Source of the DNA: a bacterium
Lineage (GTDB): Bacteria > SZUA-182 > DTGQ01 > JBLIRR01
Reading direction: 5' to 3'
DNA length: 64,000 nt
Assembly: GCA_049472395.1 (NCBI GenBank)
Contig: JBLIRR010000029.1
Span: 3,286-67,285 of the forward strand
Position numbers and translations under genes: made by a program. The notes beneath the pieces are model-generated. The model ran no database searches. It was not told the DNA's origin and worked only from the letters and a program-made list of their open reading frames with translations. Positions 1-9,979 of the stretch are shown here, in pieces. Numbering within the stretch: the first letter of the stretch is position 1; each line of letters opens with the position of its first letter.

Positions 1-1494
1 TATACAGACGGACAATTAAGCACTATTCATATTGCACAAGTTGGGGATATTACTTTTGGAGATCATAGATGGCTGTCGCCGACCAGCGTGGATCTGCCAG
101 GTGGAACGGTGATGAATCTAGAGTATGATCCCTTGCAGAGAATTAAAACAATACAAAGTCAAGATGCTTCCAATGATATCTTAATGGATTATCATTATGT
201 CAGAGATACAGTTGGCAATATTGTAAGCAAGGCCACCGAGTATGGCAGTTACATTTATTCCTATGATAAAACTTATCAGTTGTTATCCGCGGATAATCCA
301 CCAAATACAATGATCAATGATGAAACGTATACTTATGATAAAGTCGGCAATAGGCTCTCGGAGAGCTCGATACCTGGAGAGTGGCATTACAATGAAAATA
401 ATCAGCTTATCGCTATTGATGGGGTGAATTTTAAATATGATGAGAATGAGAACATGATTCAGAAGGTTGTAGATGGTCAGATTGCCATGCATTATATTTA
501 CGATATTGAGGATCGTCTAGTTCGAGCGGAAGATGAGAATGACTTAATAATAGCAAAGTATTATTATGATCCTTTTGGGCGAAGGCTCTGGAAGGAAGTA
601 GAAGGTGTAAGGACCTATTTCTTCTATTCTGACGAGGGTCTTATTGGTGAGTATGACGTAAGTGGCAATGAAATAAAAGGTTATGGCTATGTACCGGATT
701 CAATGTGGACAACGGATCCAGTATATATAAAGATTGGAGGTTCTTACTATTTCTATCAGAATGATCACCTTGGAACTCCACAAAAAATAATTGACGCATG
801 GGGGGATGTTGTGTGGGTAGCGTTGTATGATTCATTTGGGAATTGTGAGATTATGATAAAGAAGATTGAGAATAATTTGCGGTTTCCAGGACAATATTAT
901 GATGAGGAGACAGGGCTTTATTATAACTATCATCGTTATTACGAACCAATTGTTAGCAGATATTTGCAGTTAGATCCAATAGGCATTGATAGTAATCTTA
1001 ATTTATATCTTTATGGGAATAATAATCCGGTTAATTTGATTGATTCTCTTGGACTATATGTTGGAGGTATTGGACTAGGAGCTAGCGGAGGTATTGCTGG
1101 TATTGTATCTCCAGGGCTTTTTGGGAAAGGTTCTATACGTTGGGTTCATGATCATTATGGTAACTGGGGTATTGTAGCTTGTGCCGGTTTTGGTATTTCA
1201 GCTGGTACAGGTGTTATTGGAGGGCTACAAACAAGTCATCTTCCTGGTGTAGATTCTATATGTGATCTAGAAAAGACGGGTCCTACTTTAAACTTAATAG
1301 GTAAATATATAGGAGAAAGTGGCGGTGGAGCCGGGGGTGGTTTAGGCCCTGGGATAGCGGTTTCAGGAGGTCGATCAGGCCTTAGTGTAATAACTGGTGT
1401 AGGAATAGGTGCATATGGAACAGCTTTTGAAGTAGTAGGTGGCTGTAAGTTGCTATATTCAAGAAACAAATGTAAGAAAAAAGAATGTAAATAA
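1..1494 (+). CDS. RHS/YD-repeat polymorphic toxin, 5'-truncated by the window edge; Gly-rich C-terminal toxin domain from ~1057
   Basis: Frame is open from base 1. YD repeats (YDxxGRR, YDxxGN), RHS core LRFPGQYYDEETGLYYNYHRYY and the cleavage motif NPVNLIDSLGL (DPxGL-like) are present. Confidence 0.93.
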   Translation, partial: YTDGQLSTIHIAQVGDITFGDHRWLSPTSVDLPGGTVMNLEYDPLQRIKTIQSQDASNDILMDYHYVRDTVGNIVSKATEYGSYIYSYDKTYQLLSADNPPNTMINDETYTYDKVGNRLSESSIPGEWHYNENNQLIAIDGVNFKYDENENMIQKVVDGQIAMHYIYDIEDRLVRAEDENDLIIAKYYYDPFGRRLWKEVEGVRTYFFYSDEGLIGEYDVSGNEIKGYGYVPDSMWTTDPVYIKIGGSYYFYQNDHLGTPQKIIDAWGDVVWVALYDSFGNCEIMIKKIENNLRFPGQYYDEETGLYYNYHRYYEPIVSRYLQLDPIGIDSNLNLYLYGNNNPVNLIDSLGLYVGGIGLGASGGIAGIVSPGLFGKGSIRWVHDHYGNWGIVACAGFGISAGTGVIGGLQTSHLPGVDSICDLEKTGPTLNLIGKYIGESGGGAGGGLGPGIAVSGGRSGLSVITGVGIGAYGTAFEVVGGCKLLYSRNKCKKKECK

Positions 1495-1602
1495 AATTAG
1501 TGTTTTTTATCAAATAACTAACATCTTGTGACTCATTTATGAGTACTACTTTTTGTAAATTTTTTCCTATAAAAAGTAATTAATTTAGCTTATATAAACA
1601 TT

Positions 1603-1968
1603 ATGCTATTTAATTTGACATTATTATCTATATTTATTATTTTATTTATTTTTATCTATTTATTATTTAGAGGTATATTTATACAAAAGAAATTATTGTT
1701 ATATTTAAAAAATAATTATTCTGACATTTATAAAGATATAATAATAAAAGATAATTCGTTAAAGAATTTTATAGCGGGCACTAATCCCAATGAGGTAAAA
1801 GATCAATTAAAAAGACTAAAAAAATTATTGGGTAGAGAGATATGTTATGATAATAATATTTCCTACTTACAAAAAAAATTTAAAAGAACTTTCTTGCTTA
1901 CACTAATGATGGCTATAATATGGATAATTTATGTAATATTTTGGTGTGCGGTTATTTCGAAATTATAA
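1603..1968 (+). CDS. Small membrane protein, putative immunity protein of the RHS toxin
   Basis: Directly downstream of the RHS toxin domain, very AT-rich, with hydrophobic helices at both termini. Confidence 0.6.
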   Translation: MLFNLTLLSIFIILFIFIYLLFRGIFIQKKLLLYLKNNYSDIYKDIIIKDNSLKNFIAGTNPNEVKDQLKRLKKLLGREICYDNNISYLQKKFKRTFLLTLMMAIIWIIYVIFWCAVISKL

Positions 1969-2207
1969 TGGCCTAATAAATAAGGAAGGTTGAGAACAAT
2001 TGATTTTTAGATAACATCTCCTAAAATAATTGGCAATTGGGGATGGTTCTTATTTCCCAAGCATTTCCTAAAAAGGATCAATATTAAAAAGGATGCGAGG
2101 CTACTGGTAGAAGGGACAGAGCAGCATTGGTGAGAGGGGTGGATACCTGATCATTACTAATCTAATATCAAATCATCATGAGAATCGACGCAAATATAGG
2201 GCTCTTT

Positions 2208-2236
2208 TTGACATAATTTTTTCAGAATAATATAAT
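2208..2236 (+). promoter_or_regulatory. Consensus sigma70 promoter of the coo operon
   Basis: TTGACA (2208-2213), 17-bp spacer, TATAAT (2231-2236). The RBS AAGGAGGT lies just before the cooF ATG at 2302. Confidence 0.75.
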
Positions 2237-2301
2237 AAATTAATTAAAAAATTTTACCCCTTTTCATTAAATTGAAGATCGAAAAATAAAGGAGGTGCCC
2301 T

Positions 2302-2952
2302 ATGAAGACAGTATTTGTCAATCCCGAGCGATGTATAGGGTGTAAGCAATGCCAAATTGCCTGCGCAGTGGAACATTCCGAGAACAAGGATATTTACAGT
2401 GCTGTTTTTGAGCCTGTTACTCCTCGTCCTCGCATTCTTGTCGCTCCTGGTTTATATTTTAATACCTCTTTTCCCAATAAATGCCGCCATTGTGATCCGG
2501 CTCCATGTCTGCATGTGTGTCCCACAGGGGCAATCAGCCGGGATGAGGAGCATAATATTGTGTGTGTGGATGGCCGCAAATGCATCACGTGCGCCATGTG
2601 CGCCATGGTGTGTCCTTTTGATGTGCTCACGTTTTATCCCCTCCCCTCAATCAATCCTCAAAAACCAGTAGCACTGAAATGTGACCAGTGTAGTGACCGG
2701 CAGCAACAGGGGAAAGTCCCTGTCTGTGTGGAAGCATGTAAAGTGAATGCGCTCGAATTTGGTGATTTAAATGAATTGATTAAAAAGTCCCGGACTCATC
2801 TCGCCCGCGAAGTATCCGTAGCAGTGGGTGAGATCAAGCCCCCCACAACAAAGGTTCCCGCGCACGTAGAGTCGTGGCGGCAGTGGGGCGAAGCAGTCGA
2901 TAGAATGAATAGTGAAAGAGCAGAGGGAGGCAGTGATGACAATGAGAATTAA
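2302..2952 (+). CDS. cooF: CooF-type 4Fe-4S ferredoxin (electron-transfer subunit of CODH)
   Basis: Four Cys clusters (CIGCKQCQIAC, CRHCDPAPCLHVCP, CITCAMCAMVCP, KCDQC...CVEAC). Overlaps cooS. Confidence 0.9.
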   Translation: MKTVFVNPERCIGCKQCQIACAVEHSENKDIYSAVFEPVTPRPRILVAPGLYFNTSFPNKCRHCDPAPCLHVCPTGAISRDEEHNIVCVDGRKCITCAMCAMVCPFDVLTFYPLPSINPQKPVALKCDQCSDRQQQGKVPVCVEACKVNALEFGDLNELIKKSRTHLAREVSVAVGEIKPPTTKVPAHVESWRQWGEAVDRMNSERAEGGSDDNEN

Positions 2953-4861
2953 TAAAGACAGAGTAAATAGTCTGAGCATACATGAGGATGCCAAGGATAT
3001 GCTTGAGCGAGCATATGAGGAAAATATAGAGACAGTATGGGACCGTTTGAAAACTCAAGAGCCCCAATGCGGCTATTGTGCTCTTGGATTAAGCTGTCGT
3101 AACTGCTCCATGGGCCCTTGCCGTATTGATCCCTTTGAAGAGACCGGCCCTAAAAAAGGCATTTGTGGTGCTGATGCTGATATCATAGTCGCCAGAAACC
3201 TTGCGAGAACCATTGCCGCAGGCGCCTCAGCTCATTCCGACCATGGGCGCGATATACTCGAAGCCCTGTATCACACAGGGTGTGGAACCACATCCTCTTA
3301 CGAAATTACCGACCCAGACAAATTGAAAAATCTTGCTAAGGAATATGGTGTGACAACGGATGGTAAGGATATTCAGGAAATCGCCAAGAACCTTGCATGG
3401 GAGATGATGGAAGAGTTCGGAATACGCAGGGAAGAGTTGACGTTTGTCAAGAGGGCCCCCGAAGCAAGACGGGCGGTATGGGAAAAACTGGGAATCATAC
3501 CAAGAGGCATTGACAGGGAAAATGTGGAAGTGCTCCACCGTACCCATATGGGTGTTGATAATAAGTATGTCAATATTCTGCTCCACGCCATGCGCACCGC
3601 GCTTTCAGATGGCTGGGGCGGGTCACTCATTGCGACCGAGCTTTCCGATGTCCTCTTCGGTACTCCCAAGCCCATTACCTCAAAGGTGAATCTGGGCGTG
3701 CTAAAAGCAGATGAAGTCAATATTGCACTGCATGGCCACAATCCGATGCTCTCTGATGTCATTGTGAGGGCAGCGGAAGATAAAAAGCTCCTCAAGCTTG
3801 CAAAAGACAAGGGCGCGCATGGCATAAACCTGGTAGGGCTGTGCTGTACGGGGAACGAGCTTCTTATGCGACGAGGGATCCCCATGGCGGGGAATCATCT
3901 CATGCAAGAATTGGTTATCATGACAGGGGCCCTTGAGGCAATGATTGTTGATTATCAGTGCATTATGCCTGCAGTTACAAATGTTGCCAGGTGTTTCCAT
4001 ACAAAGGTAATTTCCACCTTTGATAAGGCGAAGTTTAAGGGAGCCACCCATATATCCTTTGATCCGGCGCATGGTATGGAGATCGGGGCAAAGATAGTCC
4101 GCATGGCGATTGAAAATTATAGTAACCGGGTACCGGAGCGCGTTCATATCCCAGGAAAGCCGGTGGATATGATGGCGGGATTCTCTGTGGAGGCAATTGT
4201 CGGGGCTCTTGGGGGCAGTCCTGAACCCCTTGTCAATGCCATCAAAGAGGGGAAAATTCGAGGTGCGGTAGGCGTTGTGGGATGTAACAATCCAAAAATC
4301 CGTCAGGATTATGCCCACGTTACTCTGACGCAACGGCTCATAGAAAAAGATATACTGGTTGTGGTAACCGGCTGTGCGGCAGTGGCTAACGGGAAAGCGG
4401 GTCATATGATGCCACAGGCATCAGAGATGGCAGGACCCGGGCTTGGAGCAGTATGTAAAAGTTTAGGGATTCCCCCCGTGCTCCATATGGGATCATGCGT
4501 TGATAATACACGTATTCTTCTCCTAGGGGCAGCATTGGCAAATTTCCTCGGTGTGGATATGTGTGATCTTCCTCTTGCCGGGGCAGCGCCTGAGTGGTAC
4601 TCGGAGAAAGCCGTCTCTATCGGCACCTATATAGTTGCCTCCGGTATTTATACGGTATTGGGAGTACAACCTGCCATTTTTGGCAGTCCCAATGTAGTAA
4701 AATTATTGGCAGAAGGACTTGAAGACGTGGTGGGGGCAACCTTTGCCGTTGAGCCGAACCCTGAACGGGCGGCTGTTCTTATACAGCGTCATATTGAAAA
4801 GAAACGAAAGGCATTAGGATTGTCCCATATTGATCCGGCTTCAATCCCTATGCCTTCATAA
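2936..4861 (+). CDS. cooS: Anaerobic Ni-dependent carbon monoxide dehydrogenase catalytic subunit (start probably 2936 or 2942 after GGAGG; ORF track starts at 2912)
   Basis: B-cluster CRNCSMGPC...GICG; C-cluster ligands HGHNP, GLCCTGNE, DYQC, GCNN, TGC, HMGSCVDN; catalytic AHSDH and EKA. Confidence 0.97.
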   Translation: MTMRINKDRVNSLSIHEDAKDMLERAYEENIETVWDRLKTQEPQCGYCALGLSCRNCSMGPCRIDPFEETGPKKGICGADADIIVARNLARTIAAGASAHSDHGRDILEALYHTGCGTTSSYEITDPDKLKNLAKEYGVTTDGKDIQEIAKNLAWEMMEEFGIRREELTFVKRAPEARRAVWEKLGIIPRGIDRENVEVLHRTHMGVDNKYVNILLHAMRTALSDGWGGSLIATELSDVLFGTPKPITSKVNLGVLKADEVNIALHGHNPMLSDVIVRAAEDKKLLKLAKDKGAHGINLVGLCCTGNELLMRRGIPMAGNHLMQELVIMTGALEAMIVDYQCIMPAVTNVARCFHTKVISTFDKAKFKGATHISFDPAHGMEIGAKIVRMAIENYSNRVPERVHIPGKPVDMMAGFSVEAIVGALGGSPEPLVNAIKEGKIRGAVGVVGCNNPKIRQDYAHVTLTQRLIEKDILVVVTGCAAVANGKAGHMMPQASEMAGPGLGAVCKSLGIPPVLHMGSCVDNTRILLLGAALANFLGVDMCDLPLAGAAPEWYSEKAVSIGTYIVASGIYTVLGVQPAIFGSPNVVKLLAEGLEDVVGATFAVEPNPERAAVLIQRHIEKKRKALGLSHIDPASIPMPS

Positions 4862-4882
4862 TCTATATATGCTCGTGAGGAG

Positions 4883-6124
4883 TTGCTGATGAAGACCATA
4901 ATTATCGGTGCGGGGCCTGCTGGTGTCACGGCAGCAGAGACCCTGCGTCAGCATAAAATGAGGGGTGATATCACATTGCTCTCGAACGAACCCTCCCCAC
5001 CCTACTCTCCCCCTGCGATGATTGAATATTTTATGACTGGAAAGGAGGCGCACCTTTGGAGATGGCGGGATATTCAAAAAAAGCTCTCTCTTCATTATAA
5101 ATCCGCCGTGCAGGTCAATGAAATAAAACCAGAAAAACGCGAGATCAGGCTCTCAACCGGCGAGACCCTTTTCTATGACAATTGTGTGATAGCAACGGGA
5201 AGTCAACTCTATGCTCCCCTTGAAGGAGCGCAGATGAAGGGTATCTATAATTTTAAATCCCTCTCTTCTGCTGATGAGCTTGTGGGAAAAATCAATAAAG
5301 GTTCTGCAAAGAGCGCACTCATTGTGGGTGCGGGTTTTATCGGGATTGAGATAGCGCTGCTACTCTGCCACCTCAAGGTCAAGGTTACAGTAATCGATAT
5401 GGCAGAGCGTGTCATGCCCGCAATGCTTGATAAAGAAACAGCAGGAATCGTTTTAGGTTTACTGCGCGAGCGTGGTATCACTCTCCGGCTTAATACCAAG
5501 GCGGTGAGATTTATTGGAGATTCACATGCAGAGGGCGTAAAGCTTGACACGGGCGACACCCTCAAGGCAGATATCACTATTGCTGCCACAGGAGTAAAGC
5601 CGAATGTGTCTTTCCTTAAAGGATCAGGGATACAGGTAAACTGGGGGATAATAACTGATGAGTATCTTCGTACCACCATACCTCACATATATGCTGCAGG
5701 AGATGTCGCTGAAACTCACCATCGTATTACGGGTGAGCGCACTGTCTATCCCCTCTTTCCTAATGCTGTGAATCAAGGACGAACGGTTGCCTATGCCATG
5801 CTCGGATGGGATATGCCCTATGAAGGGGCTGAGAGGATGAATAGTCTTAAGCATTTAGGGCTTCCCATAATCGCTGCAGGCCATATGAAAGGCGAGGCAC
5901 TGCGGGCTCATCAGGATAACACCATGCGGACCGTATACGTGCAGAATGGCCGTATTGTTGGCTTTCAATTAGCCGGAGATATCAGAGGCGCAGGGATCTA
6001 CCGCACATTGATGAATAAAAAGGTCGATGTGAGCCCCTTTCAGGCCGATCTTTTGACAAAGTCTTCTCTTTCAAGGATACTATTCTCGTTCTCTCCCCAG
6101 GCATATTCACCTTCATGGCAATGA
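4883..6124 (+). CDS. FAD-dependent NAD(P) oxidoreductase (FNOR; NirB/rubredoxin reductase family)
   Basis: IIGAGPAG and IVGAGFIG Rossmann motifs, ATGS and IYAAGDVAE. Usual third gene of cooF-cooS-FNOR loci. Confidence 0.9.
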   Translation: MLMKTIIIGAGPAGVTAAETLRQHKMRGDITLLSNEPSPPYSPPAMIEYFMTGKEAHLWRWRDIQKKLSLHYKSAVQVNEIKPEKREIRLSTGETLFYDNCVIATGSQLYAPLEGAQMKGIYNFKSLSSADELVGKINKGSAKSALIVGAGFIGIEIALLLCHLKVKVTVIDMAERVMPAMLDKETAGIVLGLLRERGITLRLNTKAVRFIGDSHAEGVKLDTGDTLKADITIAATGVKPNVSFLKGSGIQVNWGIITDEYLRTTIPHIYAAGDVAETHHRITGERTVYPLFPNAVNQGRTVAYAMLGWDMPYEGAERMNSLKHLGLPIIAAGHMKGEALRAHQDNTMRTVYVQNGRIVGFQLAGDIRGAGIYRTLMNKKVDVSPFQADLLTKSSLSRILFSFSPQAYSPSWQ

Positions 6125-6259
6125 ATTCAACATCATTTTTGTGGCCTTATAAGATACAATTTAAAAGGATTTGGTATTACGCATCCGAAATAAGGAAATG
6201 CTCAAGTTGTGATAAAGGTCATATAGGCTTAGGATACATAGTGCGCAAACAGGTATACA

Positions 6260-6964
6260 ATGGTTCACATGAAAGAGGAGAAACATGAAGTGAATTGCTT
6301 GGCGAAAGCACAGCGTGCAATCGAAGATTATCTGTCTATACAGGGATTGGACAGGGACTCTATCAACCGGATTATCCTAGAGGATTTACCTTTTCTCACG
6401 ATATGGCAACTCAAACCCGATACTCCGGAAAAGATTGACAAAGCTGAAGCAGTTATCGCTTTTGCATTTGGGTTTGGTCCTGCAAAGGCAGGTGTATCGT
6501 ATCCACCGGAACAATATCACCCCCTTCTTTACAAACCCGGCAAAACCAATGAAGCACTTGCCACCACTATTGTACCCTTTGCTCAGAAAGGATTGGAAAT
6601 CTTCGCTCAATGGGAAGTGGCTGAGGCGCTTAAACCTCATGGAATCACTATCCCACATGCTCAAGTCGCGTGTCCAGGAAAAGAGTATCTCGGGACACGC
6701 GGTATCATTGAACAATTCCTGCACAACGGTCTTTCACAGTTTGGTTCGGTCCTTCTTGTGGCTCATCGGCATCACATGTACCGATGTCGAGAGATCACGA
6801 AGACAGTATTCCAGAAAAGGAATCAGCCCATTTCTATTGTGATTCCGGATACTCCCGATATGTATGATCCGGATTCCATTCAATGGTGGACTCGCAGTCT
6901 CAAGGATTGGGTCACATACGAGGTAGGAAATCGATTCAATAATCGGTATCAAGGCAACTTATAA
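6260..6964 (+). CDS. Hypothetical protein, YdcF/DUF218-like
   Basis: 234-aa ORF. The segments VIAFAFG, YLGTR and LLVAHRHHMYR resemble the DUF218 pattern. Confidence 0.45.
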   Translation: MVHMKEEKHEVNCLAKAQRAIEDYLSIQGLDRDSINRIILEDLPFLTIWQLKPDTPEKIDKAEAVIAFAFGFGPAKAGVSYPPEQYHPLLYKPGKTNEALATTIVPFAQKGLEIFAQWEVAEALKPHGITIPHAQVACPGKEYLGTRGIIEQFLHNGLSQFGSVLLVAHRHHMYRCREITKTVFQKRNQPISIVIPDTPDMYDPDSIQWWTRSLKDWVTYEVGNRFNNRYQGNL

Positions 6965-6993
6965 TCAAGTCCTCGCTTGGATAATAAAAATAT

Positions 6994-7179
6994 TTATAAC
7001 CAGAAAAAGAAGTCTATGTAAGGATCTTCAAACCTTCGGGACATTTTCCTATAATAAAGGCCCAAATATATGAAAAATATACCAGCCAAAACTAGGATAA
7101 GGGCTACAATTAAAGAGAGCAATTTGGGGAATACAGCGATTAAAATACCTGCTAAAATAAAAATGATTCCTGGAATCAT
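6994..7179 (-). CDS. Small two-TM membrane protein (DUF3096-like)
   Basis: MIPGIIFILAGILIAVFPKLLSLIVA... The ATG at 7179 is preferred because the upstream extension is a duplicated fragment of the radical SAM gene. Confidence 0.6.
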   Translation of the reverse strand: MIPGIIFILAGILIAVFPKLLSLIVALILVLAGIFFIYLGLYYRKMSRRFEDPYIDFFFWL

Positions 7180-7184
7180 ATTAG

Positions 7185-7229
7185 TATATACTAAGCGCGA
7201 AAGATCAGACGGTAAAGGCAAGGATGTAA
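7185..7229. repeat. 45-bp imperfect direct repeat of 8752-8796
   Basis: TATATACTAAGCGCGAAAGATCAG is identical in both copies; 6 mismatches over 45 bp. Confidence 0.85.
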
Positions 7230-7428
7230 TGATGTAAAACAGGTATGCTTTTTAAAAAATAATTCAGAACAAAAGAAACTGTTAAATTACTTGATTGTTA
7301 CTTCTAGCATACAAGAATTGCTGCTTTGGTATAGAATGGCGTTGCTTTAAGGCACAAGGTGCGGTAAAATCAGGCTGATGGAAAGATATGAAAATAATTA
7401 TTACTTTAATAGATGAATCTTTTTAGGG

Positions 7429-7923
7429 ATGAAGATTTTTTCCTTGAAGAACTACCCATTATTCTTTAATGGATTATATTTATTTGTTGTCATTATAGGG
7501 ATATTAGGCTTATATTTCTCAAAGCTACCCGGTAAAGATTTATTTTCCTTACTATGGGGATTATGGATAATCCTCAACTATCTATATCTAATCCGTGTCA
7601 AATTATGCCGCTATTGTTTGTATTATGGCCAAAAGTGCCCGGTAGGTTGGGGGTCCGTTGTGCCTCATCTTGCATCAAAGGGGGATGTTAGTAAATTTTC
7701 CAAGCAACGATGGCCAATAATCTATTTGGCATCATTTGCCATACTACCCTCTTTTTTGATGGTCATATCATTAATCTATGAATGGGACCTTTCCCTTGCT
7801 ATTATGATGAGTCTATTTATCATAGCAGGGATTATTCTCTATTCGCTGGCAAGAATTAAATGCTGCGTTTCATGTAAGATGAAATGTTTTTGCCTGTTAA
7901 GTAAGCTTAATCCTTGGATATGA
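7429..7923 (+). CDS. Four-TM membrane protein with two Cys clusters
   Basis: Hydrophobic segments plus LCRYCLYYGQKCP and CCVSCKMKCFC motifs. Confidence 0.7.
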   Translation: MKIFSLKNYPLFFNGLYLFVVIIGILGLYFSKLPGKDLFSLLWGLWIILNYLYLIRVKLCRYCLYYGQKCPVGWGSVVPHLASKGDVSKFSKQRWPIIYLASFAILPSFLMVISLIYEWDLSLAIMMSLFIIAGIILYSLARIKCCVSCKMKCFCLLSKLNPWI

Positions 7924-8047
7924 TTTTTTATATAGTCAGCATGAACCTCAGCGCGAAAAATGTAAGGGTGCATTCCGATTTAATTATGGTTTATCGTACG
8001 TTGGTATTAACCTAAAATAGATCTCTCATCGAAAAAAAAGTATAATA

Positions 8048-8152
8048 ATGAAAATAGCAATTTCTACCAACGGCAATTTGGTATATACTCATTTCGGCTG
8101 GCACTTGTCATTTACTATTTTGGACATTAAGGGGGAAGAACAGAATAAATGA
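8048..8152 (+). pseudogene. Truncated NifB/NifX-family (FeMo-co binding) protein fragment
   Basis: My translation MKIAISTNGNLVYTHFGWHLSFTILDIKGEEQNK* matches the family's MKIAI...HFG...F.I.D N-terminus but stops at 34 aa. Its stop overlaps the next start (ATGA). Confidence 0.6.
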
Positions 8153-8604
8153 GCAGAAGCGAAGATAATTTTTGCAGGATCAATGATCCTGAATCATCAG
8201 CAATGGACAAAGAGATCAACTGGATTGTTGAAAATGCGGAAACAATCGCAGTAGTGGGGCTTTCACCAAAACCCCAGAGGCCGAGCAATCAGGTGGCAAA
8301 GTACTTGAAGGAGGCGGGGTATACAATAATTCCTGTCCGCCCGGGTACAGATGAAATACTTGGAGAAAAAGCATACCCTGATCTGGAATCTGTTGAAGGA
8401 GGGATTGATCTTGTGCTTATTTTTAGACGAAGCGAGTTGGTGGCTCCTATTGTAGCACAAGCAATAAAATTAAATGCGAAGGCAGTCTGGATGCAGGAAG
8501 GTATTGTTAATCAAGAAGCTGCAGAGAAGGCAAAAAAAATGGGATTAAAAGTTGTCATGGACAGGTGCATGAGTAAGGAAGTCTACAGGAGGAGATTAAA
8601 ATAA
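8149..8604 (+). CDS. CoA-binding protein (YccU-like)
   Basis: IAVVGLSPKPQRPS, IIPVRP, AVWMQEGI, VVMDRC motifs. Confidence 0.92.
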   Translation: MSRSEDNFCRINDPESSAMDKEINWIVENAETIAVVGLSPKPQRPSNQVAKYLKEAGYTIIPVRPGTDEILGEKAYPDLESVEGGIDLVLIFRRSELVAPIVAQAIKLNAKAVWMQEGIVNQEAAEKAKKMGLKVVMDRCMSKEVYRRRLK

Positions 8605-8692
8605 AAATAGCAGTAAGTGTGTCAGGTAGGCGACTTCAGACCAATAAAGGAGAATGATAGTAAAGATTATAGATTTACTTTTAATCTTATTT

Positions 8693-9979
8693 TCATTTAA
8701 TCCGTTGGATAGTCTTATAAAGATCCGTTTCTTTCCCTCTATCCCAATCATTATATACTAAGCGCGAAAGATCAGGCGACAGGGGCAGGGATGTAAGATG
8801 GTTTTCCTTATATATCGCTACTACTTTGGATGAATACTTTTCACACAGCCAGCACTCTTTAGGCGTTTCAAAATAACTCCTCATCTTTTTATAAATAGTG
8901 CTGAATTTATCCTCAGCAATATTTCCAAAGGATATATTGAGAAATTCACACGGCTGCACATCACCCTTGGCATTGATGTAAAATCGATCCGTGCCTCCTG
9001 CGGTGCATCCGAAAACCTCAGGGTCCTCTTCTATTATTTGGGCTGAAATGGATGGATACTCTTTATATTCTTTGCTATGGTTATATGTATTGACAAGGTT
9101 TTTGACGTGGCGAATATCATCTGGGGTAAAATTATCCGCACCGCTCTCCAGCCATCCACCTGCCGGCTTAGGTTTTATGAGCTGCACAATAGAGGCATTA
9201 TAGTTGTGAGCGCACTTCATTATTTCCTGGAACGTCCCATCATAAAAGGATTCTTTTAAAAGGCACGTATTAAATGTCACGGGAATATTCAGTGCATGAC
9301 ACACACTGATCCCATGTTCCATAATACTCCAGGCATCCTTATATCCCATGAATCTATTAAATTCATCCGGTTTATAGCTATGGAGAGAAAACATACACGC
9401 GGTAATGTGGGGAAGCTGCGCCATTTTTTCTTTAGACATGCCATACCCCGTGGAATTTATCCATATCTCGGACCTCTCATCAATAGCATCACACACTAAT
9501 TTCACACGATCAAATACTAAAAAGGGCTCACCCCCTTCGATATTATAAAAAGCTATTCCCATATCCTGCAGCTCCTTTATGGTCTTAACCAATATGGCGA
9601 TCTCCACATCTTTGCCCAGATCATTTTTTTGATAACAATGACAGCAGTGATACGCACAGGCAGAAGTCACTGATACTAATACCGTGGTACAGGGCAATTT
9701 TTCATCAAAGGTCATAAACTTTTTGCAAGCGGTATAAAAGGCGGGAGAGGGATAACCCGGTACATAAAGATCAATACGGGCATTTCCCTTTAGTCTGACA
9801 AATTTATTGTGCTGCATCTTTTTAAGAAAATAAAGAAGTCTTCGCAAAAATGCAACAAAGCTTTTTACGCTTATCGCGCCGGTCACCACACACGGAATAA
9901 AATGACAGAGCACGCGTATTTTAATCTTTACATTCAGTATGCTCTTATGAATTCCTGTGATATTCTTCGATCTTTTCAT
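8693..9979 (-). CDS. Radical SAM protein with SPASM/twitch domain
   Basis: CAYHCCHC (CxxxCxxC), GGEP, GCTAGGTDRFYINAKGDVQPCEF. Confidence 0.9.
   Translation of the reverse strand: MKRSKNITGIHKSILNVKIKIRVLCHFIPCVVTGAISVKSFVAFLRRLLYFLKKMQHNKFVRLKGNARIDLYVPGYPSPAFYTACKKFMTFDEKLPCTTVLVSVTSACAYHCCHCYQKNDLGKDVEIAILVKTIKELQDMGIAFYNIEGGEPFLVFDRVKLVCDAIDERSEIWINSTGYGMSKEKMAQLPHITACMFSLHSYKPDEFNRFMGYKDAWSIMEHGISVCHALNIPVTFNTCLLKESFYDGTFQEIMKCAHNYNASIVQLIKPKPAGGWLESGADNFTPDDIRHVKNLVNTYNHSKEYKEYPSISAQIIEEDPEVFGCTAGGTDRFYINAKGDVQPCEFLNISFGNIAEDKFSTIYKKMRSYFETPKECWLCEKYSSKVVAIYKENHLTSLPLSPDLSRLVYNDWDRGKETDLYKTIQRIK

Noticed and set aside
3227-5854. Antisense ORFs over cooS/FNOR, and similar shadow ORFs over the eCIS genes
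   Set aside because: They overlap well-supported genes on the opposite strand and show no recognisable motifs.
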